A stretch of DNA of 64,000 nt from Alphaproteobacteria bacterium. GTDB taxonomy: Bacteria; Pseudomonadota; Alphaproteobacteria; 16-39-46. This document shows, piece after piece, positions 42,904 to 52,794 of this stretch (positions are counted from its first letter, which is position 1; each line of letters opens with the position of its first letter). The stretch lies in the NCBI GenBank assembly GCA_018401675.1, contig JAGYKM010000002.1:2871-66870 (forward strand). The letters run 5' to 3'. The notes beneath the pieces are model-generated. The model saw only the letters and a program-made list of their open reading frames with translations. It was not told the DNA's origin and did not search any database. Position numbers and translations under genes: made by a program.

Positions 42904-42940
42904 TAATCAAAATACATAATACGTTCAGAGGAGTAATACA

Positions 42941-44404
42941 ATGGCTGATCCAACCGCAACCCCCACAGGTACGAGCGACCTTTTAACGCAATTCGTTACG
43001 ACTGGAAATCTCGCCAGAGATCCCGCTCAAATTCAATATGCTTATCAAATGCTGCAAGAGTTTGCTAACCAAGTATTGACCCAAACTGATGCAACTCCTA
43101 AGAATCCGGCAGCTTTTCTCTCAGCTCAAATTGCTCGACTTGATGGCATTTTATCAGATCAGCTGAATGAGATTATCCATCAGCCCGCTTTCTTAAAGCT
43201 TGAGGGCTCATGGAGAGGTCTTAATTACCTCGTGATGAACACCTTTACAGGCACCGAATTGAAAATCAAGTTGCTTAATGTGAGCAAAACTGATCTTTTG
43301 AATGACTTAGAAAATGCGGTTGAGTTCGACCAAAGTCAACTATTCAAAAAAGTTTACGAAGCGGAATACGGCACTTTGGGTGGCGAACCCTATTCTTGCC
43401 TCATTGGTGACTATGAATTTGGTCCTTTGCCGCAAGATATGTCCTTACTATCAAAGATTGCGGGCGTGGCTTCTGCAGCTTTTGCTCCCTTCTTTGCCGC
43501 AGCCAGTCCTACCATGTTCAATCTAACCACCTACATGGATCTGGGTGTCCCTATGGACTTAGCGCAGATTTTTGAAAACGTGGACTACATTCAATGGAAC
43601 GCCTTTCGTGAAACCGACGAATCTCGCTATGTGGTGCTCACGCTCCCACGTGTCTTGATGAGGCTTCCGTATGGCCCGAATACTGTCCCTGTAAAAGGCA
43701 TCAATTTCATCGAAAAAGTAAACGCTGATGATAATGCTGATTTTTGTTGGGGCAATACTGCCTATACCATGGGTCAGCGGATTACCAATGCGTTCTTCCT
43801 TTACAACTGGACCGCAGCTATTCGCGGTGTGGATGGTGGTGGATTGGTGGAAAATCTACCTGTCTATACCTATCAAACCACCGAAGGAGATATGGCCGTT
43901 AAATGTCCCACAGAGATTGCCATAACTGACCGGAGAGAGTTTGAATTGAGTAACCTTGGCTTTATCGCCCTATGTTATTGCAAAGGCACCAATACGGCGG
44001 CCTTCTTTGGAGCGCAAACAACTCAAAAACCAGTTGTTTACAACACCAATGAAGCCAATGCCAATGCCAACCTCTCTGCACGCATTACCTACATGATGGC
44101 AGCTTGCCGATTTGCTCATTATATCAAATGTATGATGCGAGATAAAATTGGTACCTTTATGACTCACGGGAATGTACAAGACTATCTTCAAACCTGGATT
44201 GCGAATTATGTGTTGCTCAATGACAATGCGCCTGAATCACTCAAAGCAGCTTACCCCTTGAGAGAAGCTCGGGTAGATGTGGTAAGTGTGCCCAGTGACC
44301 CAGGTAAATATAAAGCAACGGTTTTTCTAAGGCCTCATTTCCAATTAGAAGAACTACAAGCCTCCTTGCGGTTGGTAGCAACGCTACCCCCACCAGCAGG
44401 CTAA
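42941..44404 (+). CDS. tssC: type VI secretion sheath large subunit TssC (VipB)
   Basis: 487-aa ORF immediately after tssB. Conserved TssC blocks (FLKLEGSWRGLNYLV, ..PRVLMRLPYG, GN..Y) are present. Confidence 0.9.
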   Translation: MADPTATPTGTSDLLTQFVTTGNLARDPAQIQYAYQMLQEFANQVLTQTDATPKNPAAFLSAQIARLDGILSDQLNEIIHQPAFLKLEGSWRGLNYLVMNTFTGTELKIKLLNVSKTDLLNDLENAVEFDQSQLFKKVYEAEYGTLGGEPYSCLIGDYEFGPLPQDMSLLSKIAGVASAAFAPFFAAASPTMFNLTTYMDLGVPMDLAQIFENVDYIQWNAFRETDESRYVVLTLPRVLMRLPYGPNTVPVKGINFIEKVNADDNADFCWGNTAYTMGQRITNAFFLYNWTAAIRGVDGGGLVENLPVYTYQTTEGDMAVKCPTEIAITDRREFELSNLGFIALCYCKGTNTAAFFGAQTTQKPVVYNTNEANANANLSARITYMMAACRFAHYIKCMMRDKIGTFMTHGNVQDYLQTWIANYVLLNDNAPESLKAAYPLREARVDVVSVPSDPGKYKATVFLRPHFQLEELQASLRLVATLPPPAG

Positions 44405-44529
44405 GCGGTTAGATCTTGGAGCCTTAGGAGAGGAGGTGTCGTCAATGACCTCCCCTCCTAGACTCCCCCTACAAAAAGAAAAATAGAAGGTACATAGTGC
44501 CTAAGTGATACTTTGGGAGACATAAAACA

Positions 44530-45063
44530 ATGATAGATAGCTTTGGAAGAGACGTCGGAACCATTGATAATAATATTATTGTGGTAGGAGCGTGCTCAAA
44601 AAATTCTTTACTTAAGGGAAGTACCACCTACAAAGGATATAAAGATCACTTTAGGCTACGTGGATTCCCTACCGTATCCGTCCTCAACCCTTTCAGGCCT
44701 ACGAGAGAGCAAGCCCGTATTCTGACCAACCCTGTTATTATGCCTATTACTCTGGAAGTGGTTATCGGTAGTTCTGTTCCTTACGCTTTTCAAGCGCTTT
44801 GTGACGGAAGTAATCTTGGAACCATGACCTTAACTGAACTCATCTCCGATGGGAATAACCTTCAACCGCTTCGTACTTTAAAGCTTGAAAATACCTATGT
44901 GACCTTCTGGAAGCTTCTAGGCGGCAGAGATGGCGGAATTTGTCAATTCACTGTAACCTTCGATGTCATGACTCAAACACGTGCCTCTGTCTCTCAAACA
45001 CAAAAGAAACAGGGTAAGACGGCAGCTACAACCAATCAATCCACAGGACAGCCTAAATCCTAA
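44530..45063 (+). CDS. divergent Hcp-like (TssD) tube protein, paralog 1
   Basis: 177-aa ORF after tssC. Its central and C-terminal blocks (ITLEVVIGSSVPYAFQALCDGSNLGTMTLTEL ... TLKLENTYVTFWKL..GG.DGGICQFTVTFDV) align by eye to Hcp blocks (DKSSPNLMLAC..GKH...A.LT ... L.I.L..VLVSSVS......E.V.LNF..V). Confidence 0.55.
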   Translation: MIDSFGRDVGTIDNNIIVVGACSKNSLLKGSTTYKGYKDHFRLRGFPTVSVLNPFRPTREQARILTNPVIMPITLEVVIGSSVPYAFQALCDGSNLGTMTLTELISDGNNLQPLRTLKLENTYVTFWKLLGGRDGGICQFTVTFDVMTQTRASVSQTQKKQGKTAATTNQSTGQPKS

Positions 45064-45121
45064 TAAAACCACATAAAGCCACCGACATCAAAACCTAACG
45101 ACCCAAGAAAGGGCTACAATA

Positions 45122-45742
45122 ATGACAAAAACAACCCCCTTTTCCCCACTATATGCAACTCAGCATTTCGAGCAGTCTGGGTTTACCCATAGCGATGAAG
45201 ATAACTTCAGAGCTCTATTGGAGTCTCTCATAGCCTTAGAAACCGCAAACCTTGGCGAGGCTACCAACGAATCCGCTTCTATTCTTGTAACGATTAAACA
45301 GATTCCAGGAACCGCTAAGGCTGGAAAAATATCCAAAGCCATCGAAGCCTACGGATACTATATTGCTGGACGTAAAAAATCCGTAGTGGGTGAAAATGGC
45401 CAACTCCTCTCTTCTGGCCATGTGGTTTTATGGGATTTGTGTATTATTTTTCCAGATAATTCTTTTGTCGAATCTGCCATCCAGGAAACCTTTACGGGAA
45501 AAAACGTAGGGGACGTAAAGCTGGCTTACCTTAGAAATGATGGAAAAACTGCACAACCTGCCTTTGAGATTGATCTCTCAAATGCGAGAATATCAGCCTT
45601 GAGAGAAACTGAAACTGGTACATCAATGAGTTTTGGGTTTGATTCTATTAAAATTACCTACTTCCCAGTAGGTGACAAGGGCGCAGCCTCAGGAAAAGTG
45701 GCTGCTGGATTTGATCTCAGCAAAAACGCGCAGAAGAAATAG
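45122..45742 (+). CDS. divergent Hcp-like (TssD) tube protein, paralog 2
   Basis: 206-aa ORF. ESAIQETFTGKNVGDVKLAYLR ... AFEIDLSNARISAL...SMSFGFDSIKITYFPVGDKGA matches the Hcp C-terminal pattern. Confidence 0.55.
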   Translation: MTKTTPFSPLYATQHFEQSGFTHSDEDNFRALLESLIALETANLGEATNESASILVTIKQIPGTAKAGKISKAIEAYGYYIAGRKKSVVGENGQLLSSGHVVLWDLCIIFPDNSFVESAIQETFTGKNVGDVKLAYLRNDGKTAQPAFEIDLSNARISALRETETGTSMSFGFDSIKITYFPVGDKGAASGKVAAGFDLSKNAQKK

Positions 45743-45775
45743 TGCATAGACACTGGCGTTAGTAATTTAAGGAGA

Positions 45776-46306
45776 GTGCTTATGGGAGATCTCGTGCCTA
45801 TAGACTCTCCTTTTCTGCCTGACGATTCTCCCCTTTCGGGAGATTGGACATCCTTGGGAGGAAGCGTTCCTCTTTTTGATTTGCTCACCACCCAGCTCTC
45901 CACCTCCAGCAAAACACCCGCAGCCTCTCGTGTCTTCTCAAAAGAAGAGTTGCGTGCCTCTATCATCTATGAAATCCAACTCCTTCTGAACGCACGGGTT
46001 AAAATTCCCCTTGCCCTTTATACGCAAATTCTTGAAACAAATCATACAACTGGTTTTCCTGAACTATACGGGATTCCTGATTTTTCAGCTTTTGATGCTT
46101 CGGATATGGGTACATGGGCCCTCTATGCAGATTATATAAAAAATGCCATCATCACTTATGAACCTCGATTGATAAATGTGGATGTAACTTTCGAGAAATT
46201 TGAAGCCTCGTCCCAAGTTATCTTAGCGTATTTAAGTGGAGACGTGATTTACCAGTCCATGATTGAGCCTTTCTCGTTTTCTGTCAAAATATCTAAATCT
46301 TCCTAA
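45776..46306 (+). CDS. tssE: type VI secretion baseplate protein TssE (gp25-like)
   Basis: 176-aa ORF. LFDLLT......EL..SI..E.QLLLNAR....LALY .. I..YEPRL is the GPW/gp25 signature. Confidence 0.8.
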   Translation: MLMGDLVPIDSPFLPDDSPLSGDWTSLGGSVPLFDLLTTQLSTSSKTPAASRVFSKEELRASIIYEIQLLLNARVKIPLALYTQILETNHTTGFPELYGIPDFSAFDASDMGTWALYADYIKNAIITYEPRLINVDVTFEKFEASSQVILAYLSGDVIYQSMIEPFSFSVKISKSS

Positions 46307-46315
46307 AGGGCCTTT

Positions 46316-48127
46316 ATGCAAAATAAACTTTTTGATCTCCTGACTTACTATGAAAAGGAGATGGCATATCTAAAAAATATGGGATCGCAATTCTCCTCCC
46401 AGTACCCCAAAGTTGCCCAGCGCCTTACCTTGGGAGAAGGAGACGTGTCAGATCCTCATGTAGAGAGGCTCATCCAGTCCTTTGCCTTTCTGACTGCCTT
46501 TTTACAACAAGACATTCACAATGAGTTTCCGCGGATTGCGAATGCCCTTCTTACGAATATCTATCCTCAATTTAATCATCCCATTCCTCCCACTTCCGTA
46601 GCTCAATTTCAAGTAGATCCCAAACAAGGGAAACTCACTTCAGGCTTTACTGTTGCAAAAGATAAACCTTTATTTGCGCGGTCTGAATCTGGAGTAACCT
46701 GTAAGTTTCATACCGGCTATGATGTGGAACTATGGCCTATCCAAATAGAGGACATATCCATTGACCTCACCCGTAATTATTCGTTTAACCAGTTTTTCTC
46801 CCCTCACTCTCACTGTTTAAAAATCCGCTTATCCACATTTGCAGATTCTTTTTCTGAGTTAACCCTCGATGCCCTTCAGTTTTATATCAATGGACATAGA
46901 ACCACTCAAAGTGCCCTTTATGAAGGCATCATTGCGCCTGATCTCCCCTGTGCCGTAGCCTTAGACTTATCTACCGAAGCGCAAATAATCCCTAAGATGG
47001 TCCCTCGGCCGGATGGCTTCTCTGAGAACGAAACCATTTTCCACATGCCATCCCAAGCCCATCCTGCATATACTTTACTGCTTGAATATTTCTTCTGCCC
47101 GGATAAATTCTTTTTCTTTACTCTCGAGGGATTTAAGCAACTTGCTCCCGCCAAAACCATAGATATTCTAGTCCCCATTTCCAATCCTGATACTTTGCTC
47201 AAACTGGGCGTTGATACTTCCTCTTTGTTATTAGGGTGTACTCCTATAATCAATTTATTTAAAAAAATATCAGATCCAATCCAAGTTTCCCATCTTCAAA
47301 GCGAATATAATCTGATTCCCGATCAACGCTTAGAGATGGTTACAGAGATCTATTCGGTGCTTTCAGTATCGGGGATTGAAGCAGGTCAGGTCACTCCAAG
47401 AACCTTAACCCCCTATTTTGCCTTTGATCAGAAGGCACAAGCTACTGAACAAAAGGCCTTTTGGATCTCAAGACGAACCCCCACCGTCCGCCCTGGCTTG
47501 CCTGGCACAGACATATTAGTATCCTTTGTGGATTTTAATTTTGATCCCACCGTTCCCCAGACGGAAACCATTTATGCCGAAATCCTATGTACCAATAGAA
47601 TTCTTGCATCTCAACTTCCCGCAGGCGCTATTCTCGAAGTAGACGATACGATCCCCACTACCCAGATTACTTGTTTGAAAATTCCCTCGTCTCCTAAATA
47701 CCCTCCTGAAGGTGGAGCCACTTTATGGAGCCTAGTTTCTCAACTTTCTTTAAATCAGATTTCATTGTCGAACTCTCCAGGAAGCTTAGAAGCGTTCAAA
47801 AGCTTGATGCGCGTTTACGCTCAATTCGGATCCCCTTCCGACTCACCTGAGGTGGAATCCTTGGTAAAAATGTCCTGCGACTATACCGTGCAGCGCATGG
47901 GAACAGACGCCTGGCGGAATTTTATACGGGGCATATCCATAACCCTTACTTTTGATGAAAGATATACAGGCGGGACCTCAATCTTTCTTTTTGCAAGCAT
48001 TCTGAACCAATTTTTTGGGCTTTATGTCTCTTTAAACTCTTTTACTAAACTCTCCATCCAAAAGTATAACCAGGAAGGAATCTGGAAGGAATGGGCACCT
48101 ATCGCCGGGGGTCAACCCCTCCTGTAG
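46316..48127 (+). CDS. tssF: type VI secretion baseplate protein TssF
   Basis: 603-aa ORF. The N-terminus (YYEKEMAYLKN.G..F...YP.VA.RL.L...D..DP.VERL..SFAFL) matches TssF/ImpG. Confidence 0.85.
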   Translation: MQNKLFDLLTYYEKEMAYLKNMGSQFSSQYPKVAQRLTLGEGDVSDPHVERLIQSFAFLTAFLQQDIHNEFPRIANALLTNIYPQFNHPIPPTSVAQFQVDPKQGKLTSGFTVAKDKPLFARSESGVTCKFHTGYDVELWPIQIEDISIDLTRNYSFNQFFSPHSHCLKIRLSTFADSFSELTLDALQFYINGHRTTQSALYEGIIAPDLPCAVALDLSTEAQIIPKMVPRPDGFSENETIFHMPSQAHPAYTLLLEYFFCPDKFFFFTLEGFKQLAPAKTIDILVPISNPDTLLKLGVDTSSLLLGCTPIINLFKKISDPIQVSHLQSEYNLIPDQRLEMVTEIYSVLSVSGIEAGQVTPRTLTPYFAFDQKAQATEQKAFWISRRTPTVRPGLPGTDILVSFVDFNFDPTVPQTETIYAEILCTNRILASQLPAGAILEVDDTIPTTQITCLKIPSSPKYPPEGGATLWSLVSQLSLNQISLSNSPGSLEAFKSLMRVYAQFGSPSDSPEVESLVKMSCDYTVQRMGTDAWRNFIRGISITLTFDERYTGGTSIFLFASILNQFFGLYVSLNSFTKLSIQKYNQEGIWKEWAPIAGGQPLL

Positions 48128-49125
48128 CCGAGCTCTTATTTCTGAAAACTTCAGAATTTCAATTTGTTCAAGCTGTCAGGATTTTACAAAAACTGCGTCC
48201 GAATAGTGCTCCTTTGGGGGAATCATCACTCCCCAACGATGATCCGGTGATTTTTAAATCCCATGTCTCTTTTGCGTTTAAAAGTAGTGATCTTTATACA
48301 CTCACCCAAAACGCTTCCGGCCCCCCTCACTTAAGCATAAATTTTATGGGGATTGCAGGAAACTCTGGCCCCCTCCCCACACCCTATGTCCAAACACTGA
48401 TCAATCGCTCTAATCAGTTTGATAATGCTTTTAGAGACTTTCTGGATATTTTCAATCACCGCTTGATCTCTCTTTTGTATGTTATCAGAAAAAAATACCG
48501 GCTGGGCATCGACGAAATACCCGCAGAAGAAACTTCAGTAGGGGCCATTCTTAAGGCCCTCATTGGATTAGGTTTTAGAAATTCGGCCTTTACGCAAAGT
48601 TTCCCAATTCCGGTAAAAAGCCTTCTTAATTTTGCAGGATTATATTGGCCCATCCAACGCGCCTCAGTGGGCTTAGTTAAAATCCTTAAAACTTATTTTA
48701 ATGTGCCCGTTTCTATTCAGCAATTCACAGGAGAATGGCTGCAAATTCCCCTCGGTCAACAGTCCCGTCTCTCGGCCACCGGCCCGTTTAATCAGCTAGG
48801 CAAAAATCTTACTCTAGGATCACGATGTTGGGATAAAACCACCTCTTTTACCCTTTGCCTAGGCCCTCTCTCCTTAGAACAATTTACGTCTTTTCTTCCC
48901 ATTGGCCCTTATTGCAAAAACTTATGTGCCCTTACTTCCTTTTACTCCCGTCCCGATAAAGCCTTTAATGTGCAACTCACCATCGCTCCTGACGAAGTGC
49001 CTTCGTTAATATTAGGGACTAAATCCTATCTAGGTTGGAAAACTTGGCTTAAAACCCAACCCTTTGGACCCAACCCAGGCATGGTTTTCCTCTCTCAAGA
49101 GCGCCTTCCTCTCTTAGGGGCCTAA
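48091..49125 (+). CDS. tssG: type VI secretion baseplate protein TssG
   Basis: 344-aa ORF overlapping the tssF end. The N-terminal F.FVQAVRILQ motif matches TssG/ImpH. Confidence 0.8.
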   Translation: MGTYRRGSTPPVAELLFLKTSEFQFVQAVRILQKLRPNSAPLGESSLPNDDPVIFKSHVSFAFKSSDLYTLTQNASGPPHLSINFMGIAGNSGPLPTPYVQTLINRSNQFDNAFRDFLDIFNHRLISLLYVIRKKYRLGIDEIPAEETSVGAILKALIGLGFRNSAFTQSFPIPVKSLLNFAGLYWPIQRASVGLVKILKTYFNVPVSIQQFTGEWLQIPLGQQSRLSATGPFNQLGKNLTLGSRCWDKTTSFTLCLGPLSLEQFTSFLPIGPYCKNLCALTSFYSRPDKAFNVQLTIAPDEVPSLILGTKSYLGWKTWLKTQPFGPNPGMVFLSQERLPLLGA

Positions 49126-49138
49126 GATGCAAGATATA

Positions 49139-49768
49139 TTATGATAAATCTTGGAGCTCCGTATTCACAGAAGAAGCTAGAGATATGGGATGCAAAAGAG
49201 AAACTGTTCCCACTGACATATCCAAAGGCTTATGCATTTGGACCATAGCTCCTTGCACATACCCTTTTAAAGAAACCAAACGGGGCAAGGATCCAGGAAG
49301 ACTGTCTAATATAAACTGAGCACTTAGAGCAGAAATGGGAATTATTTTACCTTGTTTTACTTCTTGGGGCCACTGGGCAAAGGGAATCAAAAAAGCTGCC
49401 CCAACAAAAAGAAACCCTAACAGAATCCACCCTCGCGCTATTCCAAAAATAAGCCCAAGGGTTCGGTCGAATCCAGACAATATACTGCCCTTAACTTTTG
49501 TAGATATCCCTTTACTCAGAAGACTCAAGAAGAAAAAAAGAACACAAAATATGCCCAGGCCCGAAAGAAGAGTCGCGACAACGGGTGATTCAATGTAATT
49601 TTGAATAAAAGGGACCAAAAAGGGGTAAAGATAGAGTGCCCCATATATCGACCCTCCCCAACTCACCAACCCCAGAACTTCGCGAGTAAACCCTCGGATA
49701 AACCCAGCAATACATGATATGAGAACGATTAAGACCAACACACCATCCATCCACGGAATCGACGTCAT
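49139..49768 (-). CDS. cvpA: CvpA-family membrane protein
   Basis: 209-aa ORF with four TM helices and the CvpA N-terminal pattern (DGVLVLIVLIS...GF.RGF.REVL.L.SW). It lies upstream of radA, as is common. Confidence 0.75.
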   Translation of the reverse strand: MTSIPWMDGVLVLIVLISCIAGFIRGFTREVLGLVSWGGSIYGALYLYPFLVPFIQNYIESPVVATLLSGLGIFCVLFFFLSLLSKGISTKVKGSILSGFDRTLGLIFGIARGWILLGFLFVGAAFLIPFAQWPQEVKQGKIIPISALSAQFILDSLPGSLPRLVSLKGYVQGAMVQMHKPLDMSVGTVSLLHPISLASSVNTELQDLS

Positions 49769-49771
49769 TGT

Positions 49772-51139
49772 TTATTTCCTTTCCTTGGCCTTCATCGACT
49801 TAAACAACTCCTGCACCGACGAAACCTCATGTATTTCCATTCCAATCTCCGGTTTATTCCTCATACTATAACCCTTGGGAACAAAAGCCACTGTCATTCC
49901 CAGCTTCCTAGCTTCTTTCACTCTTAATAACTCTCTAACCACAGGTCTGACATCTCCCGAAAGACCCAGCTCTCCAAAGAAGATACTTTTTTTTGGTAAA
50001 GGGCGATTATGGAAAGCTGAAAATAAGGAAACGGCCACTGCCAAATCGCCTCCTGGATCTTGAATGCGAAGTCCCCCAGCCACACTCAAGTACACATCCT
50101 TGTCAGAAAAGTTATACCCGCACCGCGCCTCTAAAACAGCTAACACCATACTCAAACGCCCATAGTCCCAACCCACTGTTGTCCGCCGAGGTGTACCAAA
50201 GGGGGTCTTAGCCACAAGAGCTTGTATTTCTACAAGAAGAGGCCGGGTTCCTTCTATTCCCGGAAAAGTTGCTATCCCTCCCAGTTCTGAATCCCCAGTG
50301 CCTATAAAAAACTCAGAAGGATTTACAACCTCCTTTAAGCCCTCATCAATCATTTCAAAAACGCCGATTTCGTTAGTGGCGCCAAAACGGTTCTTAATAG
50401 CTCTTAGAAGACGAAACTGCTGGGTACGATCTCCTTCGAAATACAAAACTGTATCTACCATATGTTCCAAAAGCCGAGGTCCTGCTAAGGCTCCCTCTTT
50501 AGTAACATGACCTATCAAAAAAACAGTTTTGTTATATTGTTTTGCGGCCTCCACGATTAGGTGAGTGGCTGCTCTAATTTGGGAAGGAGAACCTATGGAG
50601 CCTTCTACCCCTTCCACCAACATGGTTTGTATGGAATCTAAAATATAATACCGAGGAGAGGACTTATGGGCAAACAACCCAATTATTTCATATACATCAG
50701 TGCAACTCGCCAGAAGTACTGGTGCTTGGGCCAATCCAAGTCTTGTGGCACGAATTCTTATCTGATCAACCGCCTCTTCCCCCGATATATACGCACAACT
50801 TTCCTCCACGCTGAGCGCTGCCGCACATTGGAGGAGCAGGGTAGATTTTCCAATGCCTGGATCTCCGCCCACTAATATAACAGACCCCGACACCAAGCCA
50901 CCGCCCAAGACCCGATCCAGCTCTCCCATGCCGGTAGTTTGACGACTTACCACACAGTGAGGTGCGTCTAGAGACATCAGACTTAACGTGGGCACAGACC
51001 CTTTTTTTTGCGGCTTTATTTTTGAACCAATGACTTCTTGAACTTTGTCCCACGCCCCGCAGTGAGTGCATTGGCCCACCCACTTGGAGTGGACCCCACC
51101 ACACTCTTCACAATTATAGTGCCTCAGCGGTTTTGCCAT
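49772..51139 (-). CDS. radA: DNA repair protein RadA (Sms)
   Basis: The ORF has an N-terminal C4 zinc finger (CEECGG..SKW.GQC..CG.W), a RecA-like Walker A (GGDPGIGKST) and a Lon-like C-domain. The start is probably the internal Met (MAKPLRHYNC), which removes the overlap with mlaF. Confidence 0.9.
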   Translation of the reverse strand: MAKPLRHYNCEECGGVHSKWVGQCTHCGAWDKVQEVIGSKIKPQKKGSVPTLSLMSLDAPHCVVSRQTTGMGELDRVLGGGLVSGSVILVGGDPGIGKSTLLLQCAAALSVEESCAYISGEEAVDQIRIRATRLGLAQAPVLLASCTDVYEIIGLFAHKSSPRYYILDSIQTMLVEGVEGSIGSPSQIRAATHLIVEAAKQYNKTVFLIGHVTKEGALAGPRLLEHMVDTVLYFEGDRTQQFRLLRAIKNRFGATNEIGVFEMIDEGLKEVVNPSEFFIGTGDSELGGIATFPGIEGTRPLLVEIQALVAKTPFGTPRRTTVGWDYGRLSMVLAVLEARCGYNFSDKDVYLSVAGGLRIQDPGGDLAVAVSLFSAFHNRPLPKKSIFFGELGLSGDVRPVVRELLRVKEARKLGMTVAFVPKGYSMRNKPEIGMEIHEVSSVQELFKSMKAKERK

Positions 51140-51143
51140 TCTC

Positions 51144-51911
51144 CTAACGCCCCGGTATGGGAATAGGCCCACTTAGCTTGCCATTGACAAACTGCTCTAC
51201 AAAGGGATTTCCACTGTCATAGAGTTGATCCGCCGCACCCGTCCAAATAATCTTGCCCTGGTAGAGCATGGCTACCTTATCCGCAATATTCTGCGCACTA
51301 ACCAAATCATGAGTAATAGTAATTGCCGCGGCTCCTAATCGTTTAACACACTTCACAATGAGATCATCAATCACAGATCTCATGATGGGGTCTAGGCCTG
51401 TAGTCGGTTCATCAAAAAAAAGTATTTCAGGATCTGTCGCCATCGCTCGGGCCAAACCTACTCTTTTTTGCATCCCACCTGACAACTCAGCCGGCATTAA
51501 AGAAGCCACGTCCTTGCTCAACCCCACATCTTTAAGTTTCTCAAAAGCTATCTCATAGGCTTCCTTTTTAGACTTTTTCAAACCCGTAATAAGCCCAATA
51601 GCCACATTTTGAATAACCGTCATACTGTCAAAAAGTGCGCCACCTTGGAAAAGCATACCAATCCGTGGAAAGATTGAGTTATCAGATTGCCAAGGCCCCT
51701 TTTGTCCCTCGAGAAAAATCTCTCCTCTTGTTACCGAAAGCAACCCCAAAATACATTTGAGAAGAACAGATTTTCCACTCCCCGAGCCCCCAATAATGAC
51801 CCAAGACTCCCCACGTGGCACCTCAAGATCCACCCCAGTAAGAACCTCTTTGGGACCAAATGACTTCTGTACGTTATGAAGACGAATCATGGGAGAAGTT
51901 GATAAAACCAT
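51144..51911 (-). CDS. mlaF: ABC transporter ATP-binding protein (MlaF-like)
   Basis: 255-aa ORF with Walker A GGSGSGKS, an ABC signature LSGGMQKR and Walker B ILFFDEPT. It is paired with an MlaE-like permease. Confidence 0.75.
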   Translation of the reverse strand: MVLSTSPMIRLHNVQKSFGPKEVLTGVDLEVPRGESWVIIGGSGSGKSVLLKCILGLLSVTRGEIFLEGQKGPWQSDNSIFPRIGMLFQGGALFDSMTVIQNVAIGLITGLKKSKKEAYEIAFEKLKDVGLSKDVASLMPAELSGGMQKRVGLARAMATDPEILFFDEPTTGLDPIMRSVIDDLIVKCVKRLGAAAITITHDLVSAQNIADKVAMLYQGKIIWTGAADQLYDSGNPFVEQFVNGKLSGPIPIPGR

Positions 51912-51918
51912 AAGAACT

Positions 51919-52722
51919 CTAAAACAGTAAAGCGGTGAGAAGATAGTTAGCGATTAGAATAAGAATAGAGGCAAACACCACCGCATGAGTCGTTGCCATT
52001 CCTACACCTTGAGCGCCTCCTTTAGAGTGAAAACCATAGTAACACCCAGAAATAGTAATGAGAAATCCAAAAACACTCGCCTTTATAAGACCCGAAATTA
52101 CGTCCTCTGCTTGCAAGTATTTAAAAGTTTGCTCTATATACAAAGCCCCATTAAAATTTAACTTATGTACGGCTACCAAATAGCCTCCAAAAACCCCGAT
52201 GGCATCGGCAGCCAAAACCAGACATGGCAACATGAGAATGCCAGCCCATACCCGAGGAACAACCAGATACCTATATGGGTTCATGCCCAAGGTCCATAAG
52301 GCATCTATTTGCTCCGTCACCCGCATGGTGCCCACTTCTGCGGCTATAGCCGCACCTATGCGCCCAGCAACCATAAGTCCCGCTAAGACGGGGCCTAACT
52401 CTCTCGTCATAGATAAGATAACCACAGTCGCTATAGAGCTCTCAGCAGAAAATCTTGAGAAACCTGTGTAGCTTTGCAAAGCCAGAACCATACCTGTAAA
52501 AATTGCCGTCAAGCCCACCACCGGCAGTGATAAATAGCCGATTTCGATAAATTGAGCCCCAATGGCCCTAAAGAAAAAAGGAGGACGCACACAATAAGAA
52601 ACGACCCTGAGGGTAAATAAGGAAAATACGCCAATGGACGTAAGGAAATCGATAAAAAGCTTCCCTATGGACTGTATGATGAACATCTTCTTGCCTTTTG
52701 TTCCTTGGAGCACCTTGTCCAA
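51919..52722 (-). CDS. mlaE: ABC transporter permease (MlaE-like)
   Basis: 267-aa ORF with six TM helices and the MlaE/Ttg2B family pattern. Confidence 0.7.
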   Translation of the reverse strand: MDKVLQGTKGKKMFIIQSIGKLFIDFLTSIGVFSLFTLRVVSYCVRPPFFFRAIGAQFIEIGYLSLPVVGLTAIFTGMVLALQSYTGFSRFSAESSIATVVILSMTRELGPVLAGLMVAGRIGAAIAAEVGTMRVTEQIDALWTLGMNPYRYLVVPRVWAGILMLPCLVLAADAIGVFGGYLVAVHKLNFNGALYIEQTFKYLQAEDVISGLIKASVFGFLITISGCYYGFHSKGGAQGVGMATTHAVVFASILILIANYLLTALLF

Positions 52723-52794
52723 AATCTACTTCCCGACCCTTCTGTCTAAGAATAACCTCTCCTTAAGGATCTTCCCGTGGCCCTTTATACCCTA

